64,000 bases of DNA. It comes from Anaerolineae bacterium (GTDB lineage: Bacteria > Chloroflexota > Anaerolineae > UBA1429). Numbering within the stretch: the stretch's first letter is position 1; each line of letters starts with the position of its first letter. This document shows, piece by piece, positions 30,947 through 38,852 of the stretch. Below the pieces are notes generated by a model. The model saw only the letters and a list, made by a program, of their open reading frames with translations. It ran no database searches and was not told where the DNA came from. The stretch is from positions 800,001-864,000 of the forward strand of contig OY776562.1 in the NCBI GenBank assembly GCA_963675785.1, written 5' to 3'. Position numbers and translations under genes: made by a program.

Positions 30947-32594
30947 GGGTATCCATCCTTTCTACAAGTCTTTGTAGCCGTTCGGCCTCGTTTAGGGGGC
31001 GCTTGGCTTTGACGTCATAGGCCAGGCATTTGCCATCGATGACTCGGGTGTGCAGCGCCCCGCGAAATTCGGCGTTTTTGACGATGTGGGGTGCATCAAG
31101 GTAGCCGCGTTTGATACAATCGGACAGGACATGGGCATCTCCCAGCGGGTCCTTGCTCACGTCTGCATAGCGATCTTTGATGAAATCGAGCAGCACCTTG
31201 GCCTCTTGCAGCAGTTCTGCTTTTCGCTCTTGCACCTTGGGATCGGCTGTGGCATCCGCATTGCCCTGCAGCACCGAACGAATCACGCCGCGCACGATCT
31301 TGCAGCTTTCGATCACCACCTCCGGTGTGGCCGCGTGCTCTGCCTCGCTATAGCCCACCACGTGGATGATATGGGGTCTGATGGCCATGGAAAGGCTGGT
31401 CGAGGCGGCCAACTGTCCCTTGGCAATATCCGGGTCTCCGCTCAAAAAAGGCAGCCCTGCCCGCACCTCGCGATACACACGGAAATCTTGCGCCGCCAGC
31501 GATTCCGTTAGCTCTACCTGCGCCAACACCTTGGCCAAATCCATCGAAAAGCTCAGCGAATTGGGAATGTTGAACATATACTGCGAGACATAATCCCGCG
31601 CACCGAACTTTTTGGCGTTATAGGCGCTGATGTACGACATCACCACCGAGATGGCGTCGTGCGCATCGCGCAGTCCCCAGTGGTGCGGCTCGTTCATCTC
31701 CACCGGAATCCCCCGCGAACCGTGCCAGTCGATCATCTGTTGGGCTTCACGCATAGACTCGACGAGCTTTCTCGTGCCGCGGCCATCCAGCTCGTTGTAC
31801 CAACAGAGCGGCACGGCGCACCAGGCATTGTCAATCGTCTCTACCAGAACTTGTGCCAGGCGCATCACCTCCGCTGTGCCGCTGTAGCAGCGCATCAGTG
31901 GGTAATTGCCGCTTTTGGACGCACCCTTGAGCAATTCAAACTGCTCGGCATTACGCACTGGCACGCCGCCAGCGCCGTCCATCTCGGGGTCGCGCTGCTC
32001 TGGGTGAAAGAAAAATTGTTGCGTGTTCTGATCGATCCCTAACGAAATCACATCCAGCACGCGTGACTCGGCGATCTCGCGCACGCCGCTCAGCGTGTTC
32101 TCGAAAGAAGGCAGCCCAAAGTGGTGTCGCAAGAGGGGATAGGGCCGCTTTTGCGCAATGCGCCCCACGAGGTCTTGCGCGTTGTTCTCGGCATTCGCTT
32201 CGCCATAGCGCGAACCGCTGCGCAAAAAAGCGATACAGTCGTCAATGTCTTCCGTCCCGTCAAAGATAGTGTCAAAAAAGTCCGTCTCGCGCACTTGATC
32301 TGCCACCGGCCGCGTTCCCCCAAACACCCAGGTGGGGGCATAATCCAATCCTCGGCTCTTTTGCTCTAATTCGCGGATGATGGGGAGCACGTTGCTGGGC
32401 GTCAGCCGGTATCCCAGCGCCACCATCACCGGCTTGTGCTCTTGCACACTGGCGATAATGCTATCCACGCTGATCGCCGGCCCCAGGAATATCGTGCTGT
32501 AGCCCTCGTCCTCTGCCAGGTTCAAAAAGTGAATCACGCCTGCCACATGGACGCAGTTGCCCATCGAGGCGCCAATGATGAGGCCTTTTTTCAT
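30921..32594 (-). CDS. Cobalamin-dependent protein: N-terminal B12-binding domain fused to a mutase-like TIM barrel
   Basis: NCVHVAG (DxHxxG-like), LG, FGG in the B12 domain. C-terminal region resembles glutamate mutase E (GVPV, YSGT, GIPVEMNE, SEAEH). Confidence 0.75.
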   Translation of the reverse strand: MKKGLIIGASMGNCVHVAGVIHFLNLAEDEGYSTIFLGPAISVDSIIASVQEHKPVMVALGYRLTPSNVLPIIRELEQKSRGLDYAPTWVFGGTRPVADQVRETDFFDTIFDGTEDIDDCIAFLRSGSRYGEANAENNAQDLVGRIAQKRPYPLLRHHFGLPSFENTLSGVREIAESRVLDVISLGIDQNTQQFFFHPEQRDPEMDGAGGVPVRNAEQFELLKGASKSGNYPLMRCYSGTAEVMRLAQVLVETIDNAWCAVPLCWYNELDGRGTRKLVESMREAQQMIDWHGSRGIPVEMNEPHHWGLRDAHDAISVVMSYISAYNAKKFGARDYVSQYMFNIPNSLSFSMDLAKVLAQVELTESLAAQDFRVYREVRAGLPFLSGDPDIAKGQLAASTSLSMAIRPHIIHVVGYSEAEHAATPEVVIESCKIVRGVIRSVLQGNADATADPKVQERKAELLQEAKVLLDFIKDRYADVSKDPLGDAHVLSDCIKRGYLDAPHIVKNAEFRGALHTRVIDGKCLAYDVKAKRPLNEAERLQRLVERMDTLEEENSGH

Positions 32595-32692
32595 AAAAGC
32601 ACTTCCTTAATCATGTTGGTACGAGGTTGTACTTGTTCCGAGAAGGCGTTACTTTCGATAGAACAATGGGGTGTGGGGCATTGCTGGCTAAC

Positions 32693-32730
32693 AAAAAAAA
32701 GCCGCACAAACCAACCAATCCTGCTGCAGC
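32693..32730 (-). terminator. Leader terminator upstream of the B12 protein
   Basis: GCTGCA...TGCGGC stem followed by T8 on the minus strand, ~100 nt before the ATG. Confidence 0.55.
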
Positions 32731-32878
32731 AAAGCACGTACATCTGCCCGGAATCGGAGGGTCATGCGACCATTCGAGATCATAATGACATTTGTTAAGG
32801 CACTCTAGTTGCTTGCGCCTGCTCCGTCCGGTGAAAAACATACGAGTATCACCGAGAGTCTAGCATCATCTGTGTATA

Positions 32879-32907
32879 ATCGTATCACAAGGTGCACCAA
32901 CTGGCAA
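32879..32907 (-). promoter_or_regulatory. sigma70 promoter for the B12 protein/opine dehydrogenase cassette
   Basis: TTGCCA-N17-TACGAT with extended -10 TG. Confidence 0.6.
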
Positions 32908-32970
32908 GAGAGATCGGGCAAAAAGGCAAAAGAGTACTGAATATGGCAAGGGATACATCTTTAGGCATAG

Positions 32971-33001
32971 AAAAAGGGTCGAAGCATTTCGCTCCGACCC
33001 T
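32971..33001 (-). terminator. Terminator of mrp
   Basis: AGGGTCGGAGC-GAAAT-GCTTCGACCCTTTTT on the minus strand. Confidence 0.8.
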
Positions 33002-33007
33002 CTAGTC

Positions 33008-34081
33008 TTACTCTTGCATCGCCGGTTTATCCGGTGGGCACTCGGGCACCAGCTTGAGCAGTTCTCTGGCTACTGGCATGAACTCTTCTGCTGCGTATTC
33101 CTCCAACCGCCCAGCGTCGGCCAGCTCAGCAATTTCGGGGTTGATGGGCAACTGGCCCAGTAGCGGCACGCCCATTTCCTCAGCTACTCGCCCAGCGTTG
33201 CTCGGTCCAAACAGATTGACCTCTCTGCCGCAATCCGGGCACTTGTAGTAACTCATATTCTCAACCAGTCCCAAAATGGGGATGTTGAGCTGGTCGGCCA
33301 TCGAAGAGGCCTTGCGCACCACCATGCCGGCCAAGGCCTGTGGGGTGGTCACCATCACAATGCCGTTCAGCGGCATAGACTGCATCACCGTCAGCGAGGC
33401 GTCCGAAGTTCCCGGCGGCAAATCCACCACCAGATAATCGAGTTCACCCCAGGCTACATCGCCCCAGAACTGCTTGATGGCCCCACTGATCAGCGGCCCG
33501 CGCCAGATCACGGCCTGGTTGGGGTCGGCCAGCAACAGATTGATGGACATCACCTTAATGCCGCCCTCAGTCTGCACCGGCATAATGCCCAATGGGCCGC
33601 CCACTGGGTGCTGAATCTCTTTGAGCAGCATCTTGGGGATACTCGGCCCGGTAATGTCGGCATCCAGCACGCCTACTTTGAACCCTTCGCGGCGCAGGGC
33701 CACGGCCAGCAGGGCCGCCACAGAGCTCTTGCCCACGCCGCCCTTGCCGCTCACCACGGCAATCACGTGCTTGATCTTGTTGTAACGTTCCGCCTGGCCT
33801 TCCTTGGGCTCGCCAAAGATGGCCTTTTTCTCGGCGTCAGTCATCTCACGTAGGTTGATCTCCACGTTCTCCACGCCATCCAGCGCCAGCAGCGCTTCCT
33901 TGGCGTCGTTTTGCATCTCGCCTTTTAACGGGCAAGATATTGTGGTCAGCGCAAACGTAAACGACACCGTATCACCATTCACCACGATGTCGTGTACCAT
34001 GTCCAGTTCGACGATGCTCTTGTGGAGCTCGGGATCCATGACGGCGTTGAGCGCCTGTCTTACACTACTCTCGTCAACCAC
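33008..34081 (-). CDS. mrp: Mrp/NBP35 (ApbC) Fe-S carrier ATPase
   Basis: N-terminal DPEL domain, GKGGVGKS, DADITGPS, WRGP, DLPPGT, ENMS..CPDC. Confidence 0.95.
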   Translation of the reverse strand: MVDESSVRQALNAVMDPELHKSIVELDMVHDIVVNGDTVSFTFALTTISCPLKGEMQNDAKEALLALDGVENVEINLREMTDAEKKAIFGEPKEGQAERYNKIKHVIAVVSGKGGVGKSSVAALLAVALRREGFKVGVLDADITGPSIPKMLLKEIQHPVGGPLGIMPVQTEGGIKVMSINLLLADPNQAVIWRGPLISGAIKQFWGDVAWGELDYLVVDLPPGTSDASLTVMQSMPLNGIVMVTTPQALAGMVVRKASSMADQLNIPILGLVENMSYYKCPDCGREVNLFGPSNAGRVAEEMGVPLLGQLPINPEIAELADAGRLEEYAAEEFMPVARELLKLVPECPPDKPAMQE

Positions 34082-34200
34082 GAGCGGCTCCTCTCTTCTT
34101 ATCCCCGTGCCGTCCTCAACAACGGCGCTCCCTATTATACACCCGGCTCAAAACCCGACAATTGTTGCTCTTGACCACCATCTGTTATAACCGCATAATG

Positions 34201-34247
34201 CCGCCGGATGCACTCTATCCGCCGGATGCACTTTATCCGCCGGATGC
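34201..34247. repeat. 18-bp tandem repeat, about 2.6 copies
   Basis: CCGCCGGATGCACT(C/T)TAT twice plus CCGCCGGATGC. Confidence 0.85.
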
Positions 34248-34310
34248 TTTCTGTTCCATGTCACAACAGGCTGTTTGGCATGGACGCAAGTCTTGAGACA
34301 GGAGACGACG

Positions 34311-35228
34311 ATGGGTGGCGAACTGCGCATTGGCATCATCGGCATGGATACCTCCCACATACCGGCTTTTACCCGGCTGCTTAATGACCCTCACGATCCC
34401 TATCACGTTCCAGGTGGGCGGGTTGTGGCGGCGTTGCCCACCTTTAGCGCCGATCTGCCCAAGAGTTGTTCACGTGTAGAGGGCTTTAAGACCGATGTGG
34501 CCCCTTATGACGTGCGCCTTGTCAATACGATGGCTGAACTGCTCGACCATGTAGACGCCGTACTGCTGGAGAGCGTTGACGGACGTCGCCATCTACCCGA
34601 GGCCCAGCCTGTCATCGAAGCGGGTTTGCCGCTTTTTATCGATAAACCCCTGGCACATAACTATGCTGATGCTTGTGAGATTGCTCGCTTGGCTGAGCAA
34701 CACAATGTGCGCATCATGTCTTCCTCGTCCCTGCGCTTTGCTGCCGGTATTGCCGACGTCGTAGCCGCGGCTGTCTATGGTCAACCGCTGGCCTGTGATG
34801 CCTATTCCCCCGCTGAATTGGAGCCCACCAACCCCGGCTTGTTCTGGTATGGCGTGCATGCCTGTGAGATTCTCTACACCGTCATGGGCTCTGGCTGTCG
34901 CTCAGTGCATTGCCAGCAGACGCCCCAGTACACCCTGGTGACGGCAGATTGGGGAGATGATCGCCTTTGCACTTTGCGCGGCTCGCGTTGCGGCACCCAT
35001 TCTTATGGCGCCACCATTCATGGCACCGAGGGCGTGGCCCATGTGCAGCCTGCGAGCGAACCGCCCATGTACGCCCAGCTTCTCAAAAAGGTTATCCCCT
35101 TTCTCGCTGGCGCCCCTTCACCTGTGCCAATGAGCGAAACACTAGAGATGATGGCTTTTATGCAGGCTGCCTTGCTCTCTTTAAATGAGCAGCGGCCTGT
35201 CGAATTGACTGAAATCAAGGAGCAGTAA
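34311..35228 (+). CDS. Gfo/Idh/MocA oxidoreductase
   Basis: IGIIGMDTSH, SVDGR.H, FIDKP, SSSLRF, WYGVH. Confidence 0.85.
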   Translation: MGGELRIGIIGMDTSHIPAFTRLLNDPHDPYHVPGGRVVAALPTFSADLPKSCSRVEGFKTDVAPYDVRLVNTMAELLDHVDAVLLESVDGRRHLPEAQPVIEAGLPLFIDKPLAHNYADACEIARLAEQHNVRIMSSSSLRFAAGIADVVAAAVYGQPLACDAYSPAELEPTNPGLFWYGVHACEILYTVMGSGCRSVHCQQTPQYTLVTADWGDDRLCTLRGSRCGTHSYGATIHGTEGVAHVQPASEPPMYAQLLKKVIPFLAGAPSPVPMSETLEMMAFMQAALLSLNEQRPVELTEIKEQ

Positions 35229-35230
35229 GC

Positions 35231-37615
35231 ATGACTCAATGTATACGCATCACCATCGACCGCGATATCTTTCCAGAATCTATCGATCATGCCAACTACA
35301 GCGCTCATCGTGAAACCGCTCAGTGGATTTGGGCGCCCAAGCCTCATTTGGATGAGCCTTCGGTGGTCTTTTTCCGTTGCGTGTTCACAGTTGCGGATGC
35401 CCAAAGCCTGATCTTCCATGTCAGCGCCGATAACCGCTTTGAGCTTTTCCTCGATGGCCAGCGCATTGGCCGCGGTCCCAGCCGTGGAGATCGTTTCCAT
35501 TGGTGTTTTGAGACCTATGAGGCCTCTCTTGAAGCGGGGGATCATGTGCTCGCTGCCCGCGCTTGGTACTTGCCCGACCAGGGTTCGCCCATGGCCCAGT
35601 TTTTGGTGCGTCCCGGTTTTGTGGTGTTGGCTGAAGGGCCACTTCACGAGAGTCTTACCACAGGCCACGGCCCTTGGCGCTGCCTGCCCACCTCGGCCTA
35701 CACCGATAATGGTGCCGTACCTGGGGAGTGCTACTTTACAGGCTGGTCCTTTATTCTCGATGGTAACCAGTATCCCTGGAATTGGAAAGAGGGTCAGGGC
35801 GATTGGCTGGAGCCAGTTGTTACTGAACGTGCCACCGGTCTGGAGCGCAGCCCATATTCTGGTGAGGAGGCTGCTAGCCGATGGGGCCTGCATCATCTCA
35901 TTGCGGATACCCTTCCCCCCATGATGGAAGTAGAACGGCGTGTGGGGTGTGTACGTTTTGCTTCTACTACTGTCGATGTGAACATGCCCGTGGTTGAGGC
36001 CCAGCACGATCCTACATTGGCTGCTGGTTTGCAGGCCATGTTGGATGGCCAGGCTCCCTTTGTCGTGCCGGCACATACGGCCTATCGCGCGATTATAGAT
36101 CTTGACGAGTACTATTGCGCCTTCCCCGAATTGCACGTATCTGGCGGGCAGGGCGGTGTGCTGGACTTGGCCTGGGCCGAGAGCCTTTTCGAGGATGCAG
36201 CGCCCCATTCTTGGGTCAAAGGTGATCGCTCCGCCATCTGGAACAAGTGGTTCAGGGGTCACAACCCCGATCGCTTTGTGCTAGAGGGTGGCAACCGTAT
36301 GTACGATACGCTCTGGTGGCGCGACGGGCGTTATCTTCAGCTCGTGGTCTGTGCCAGCGATGAGCCTTTGACCATCGATGCGCTGTTGCTGCGCGAGACG
36401 CGTTATCCGCTAGAGCGAGAATCCACCTTTGTCGCGGATGACGCTCGTTTGGCCCTCATCGAGCCCATCATGTTGCGCGCCCTGCAGATGTGTTCTCACG
36501 AGACGTTCATGGATTGCCCCTATTATGAGCAGCTCATGTACGTCGGTGATACCCGCCTTGAAGTGTTGACGACCTACGTCACCACGTTTGATACGCGCCT
36601 TCCCAAGAGAGCTATTCAGCTCTTTGACTGGTCTCGCGCTGTGGATGGCCTGACCAAGAGCCGCTACCCCTCGCAAGTCTTGCAGGTCATCCCGCCTTTT
36701 TCACTTTGGTGGGTAGCCATGGTTCACGATTATTTCATGTGGCGCGATGCCGATGTCTCGACCTCTCTGCCTGCTATCAATACCATCCTGGGGGCTTTTG
36801 AGGGGTATCTGAACGATGCTGGCCTGGTCGATGATCCCAAAGGCTGGAACTTTTGTGACTGGGTGCCCGCTTGGGCTGGCGGCGTGCCGCCCAACGGCCA
36901 CGGCGGTGTCTCTTGCTTGCTAAACCTGCAATTCTTGTACTCACTTGATCGCGGCGCCGAGATGCTGGCCTATAACGGCAAAACCCATCAGGCTGCTCAT
37001 TGGTCAGCCGTTGCCGATGCACTGCGCCCAGCCATTCTTTCTGCCTTTTGGGATGAGGAACGCGGTATGTTGGCCGATGACCTCGGCAAGACGCTCTATT
37101 CTGAGCATTGCCAGGTGTTGGCTATCCTTTGCGATTTGATAGAGGGCAAGCAAAAAGAGCGCTTGATCAATGGGTTGCTCCATGCCCCCGATTTGGCACG
37201 TTGTACCATCTATTTCTCGCATTATTTGTTCGAGGCTTGCGCCAAAATCGACAGTATGGATGCCCTTTGGGATAGACTGGGCACCTGGTTCGAGCTGCAC
37301 GAGCTGGGCTTTAAAACCACGCGCGAGATGCCCGAACCCTCTCGTTCGGATTGCCACGCCTGGGGCGCTTATCCCCTTTATCACTATTACGCTACCATGG
37401 CAGGTATTCGTCCTGCTGCACCAGGCTTTTCGGCGGTCAACGTCGAGCCTCATTTCGGACCGCTTGCGCATATTCAGGGCACATTGCCTCACCCATCTGG
37501 CGAATTCATCACTTTTGACCTTAACGCCAATGCTGACGCCAGTGATCAGCGCATCAGCCTTCCTCGGGGTGTTACGGGTTCTTTGCTTTGGCAAGGCAAG
37601 CACATCGACCTCTGA
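35231..37615 (+). CDS. Alpha-L-rhamnosidase (GH78)
   Basis: SADNRF, DCPYYEQLMYVGD, DW, TTRE.P..SRSDCHAW. Confidence 0.9.
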   Translation: MTQCIRITIDRDIFPESIDHANYSAHRETAQWIWAPKPHLDEPSVVFFRCVFTVADAQSLIFHVSADNRFELFLDGQRIGRGPSRGDRFHWCFETYEASLEAGDHVLAARAWYLPDQGSPMAQFLVRPGFVVLAEGPLHESLTTGHGPWRCLPTSAYTDNGAVPGECYFTGWSFILDGNQYPWNWKEGQGDWLEPVVTERATGLERSPYSGEEAASRWGLHHLIADTLPPMMEVERRVGCVRFASTTVDVNMPVVEAQHDPTLAAGLQAMLDGQAPFVVPAHTAYRAIIDLDEYYCAFPELHVSGGQGGVLDLAWAESLFEDAAPHSWVKGDRSAIWNKWFRGHNPDRFVLEGGNRMYDTLWWRDGRYLQLVVCASDEPLTIDALLLRETRYPLERESTFVADDARLALIEPIMLRALQMCSHETFMDCPYYEQLMYVGDTRLEVLTTYVTTFDTRLPKRAIQLFDWSRAVDGLTKSRYPSQVLQVIPPFSLWWVAMVHDYFMWRDADVSTSLPAINTILGAFEGYLNDAGLVDDPKGWNFCDWVPAWAGGVPPNGHGGVSCLLNLQFLYSLDRGAEMLAYNGKTHQAAHWSAVADALRPAILSAFWDEERGMLADDLGKTLYSEHCQVLAILCDLIEGKQKERLINGLLHAPDLARCTIYFSHYLFEACAKIDSMDALWDRLGTWFELHELGFKTTREMPEPSRSDCHAWGAYPLYHYYATMAGIRPAAPGFSAVNVEPHFGPLAHIQGTLPHPSGEFITFDLNANADASDQRISLPRGVTGSLLWQGKHIDL

Positions 37616-37644
37616 ACGTACGATTACAAGAACTAAAAGTACTA

Positions 37645-37684
37645 CAAGAACTGGGGGCGGTCTGGAACTCGCCCCCAGTTCTTG
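37645..37684. terminator. 15-bp perfect inverted repeat, probable terminator
   Basis: CAAGAACTGGGGGCG-N10-CGCCCCCAGTTCTTG. Confidence 0.7.
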
Positions 37685-37710
37685 ATAATGATACTCCAAT
37701 CTGGTATAAT
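37682..37710 (+). promoter_or_regulatory. Near-consensus sigma70 promoter
   Basis: TTGATA-N17-TATAAT with extended -10 TG. Confidence 0.65.
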
Positions 37711-37970
37711 AATAATGTAAAATGGTTGAGCTGTGGGGCATACGCACCATGGTCGAGACTGTGATAATAATTTCCGACATTGTTTTCCCCTGCTCACGAT
37801 TCTTGCCACGGGCGGTCTTTCACTCAGATTTCTTGCGGGTCGTTCTCGTTTTGTTCTCCTCGTGATTGTGTATGCGGCAGACTGGCCTCCGAAAGGAGCA
37901 CTCCGCGCAGCAATCTATCGCCGCAACAATGAATCAGTCGTCTGCATGGCAGATACTTGGAAGAGCGCAG

Positions 37971-37999
37971 GAGGATGTAATCCTCAGGATTACATCCTC
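37971..37999. repeat. Perfect 14-bp inverted repeat with a 1-nt spacer (operator-like)
   Basis: GAGGATGTAATCCT-C-AGGATTACATCCTC. Confidence 0.8.
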
Positions 38000-38135
38000 T
38001 CAATAACACGCAGGAGCACAAGCTAGTCCATCCGAGCTGCGCAAGAAAAACGTAATACAAAAACTGGCTAAAAGCCGCAAAATCACGCACAAGTTTAGCT
38101 AGTCCCTTTGATTCGCGCTTATGGAAGGAGCGAAA

Positions 38136-38639
38136 ATGACGGCAGAGTTTGCAGTGGGTGCCAAAGTAGTTCATCCTCATCATGGTGCTGGGACTGTGAT
38201 CTGTATCTCGCAAAAGGGACTGGGAGAAAGGCGCCGAACCTACTATGTCATCGAAACCCTGGTGCCCGAGATGACTCTCATGGTTCCCGTGGGGCGTGCC
38301 GACGATTGTGGATTGCGCCTTGCAGAATCGACCGGCATGCTTTTGGACATGTTAACTACTTGTGCAGACAGTGACGTAAAATTGCAGCACGATTTTCGCA
38401 AGCGCCGTGATGCAATCGGCATCCAAATTTGTTCCGGAGAGTTTGAAACTGTGGCTGAGGCCGTTCACCATCTTCGTTGCCTGCGTGAGGAACGTCGGCT
38501 CTCGGAGACGGATCGCCGCATGTTGGATCGTGGTACGGATCTTCTTGTTTCCGAATTTGCTATTTCGTCGGGGATAGGGATTTCAGCTGCTGAAAAACGT
38601 GTTGATGATGTGTTGAGTGGTGGGGCTGTTGCCGCCTAA
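38136..38639 (+). CDS. carD: CarD family transcription regulator
   Basis: F.VG.KVVHP.HGAG, YYV, MVPV, GLR, FRKR, LSETDR.ML. Confidence 0.9.
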   Translation: MTAEFAVGAKVVHPHHGAGTVICISQKGLGERRRTYYVIETLVPEMTLMVPVGRADDCGLRLAESTGMLLDMLTTCADSDVKLQHDFRKRRDAIGIQICSGEFETVAEAVHHLRCLREERRLSETDRRMLDRGTDLLVSEFAISSGIGISAAEKRVDDVLSGGAVAA

Positions 38640-38852
38640 TATGATCTTGATAAATTTGCGCTCGATGCTGAAATAGCTATACTATAGAAGGTTTGTCTCG
38701 GAGGCTAGAGTATCGAGCGCAAGCGGTAGAATTGTTTCCACTAAAGGGCAGCTCCCAGTGCAAGGATTGCCAGGCGCCAGTGGGGATGTCCTTTTTTGTT
38801 GTGTCTCGAACATAGTGTCCGGGATCAGGTATAAAAGGTTTCAGGTGTAAAC

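Noticed and set aside
32595-32880. Cobalamin riboswitch ahead of the B12 protein
   Set aside because: No GGGAA...GCCACTG B12-box; only a CGGTG fragment. Kept as an unknown leader.
34201-34247. CRISPR array
   Set aside because: Head-to-tail 18-mers with no spacers and no cas genes.
37696-37723. dif site (TAATGTAAAAT resembles a XerD arm)
   Set aside because: No plausible XerC arm; it overlaps a good promoter; the skew direction would indicate an origin, not a terminus.
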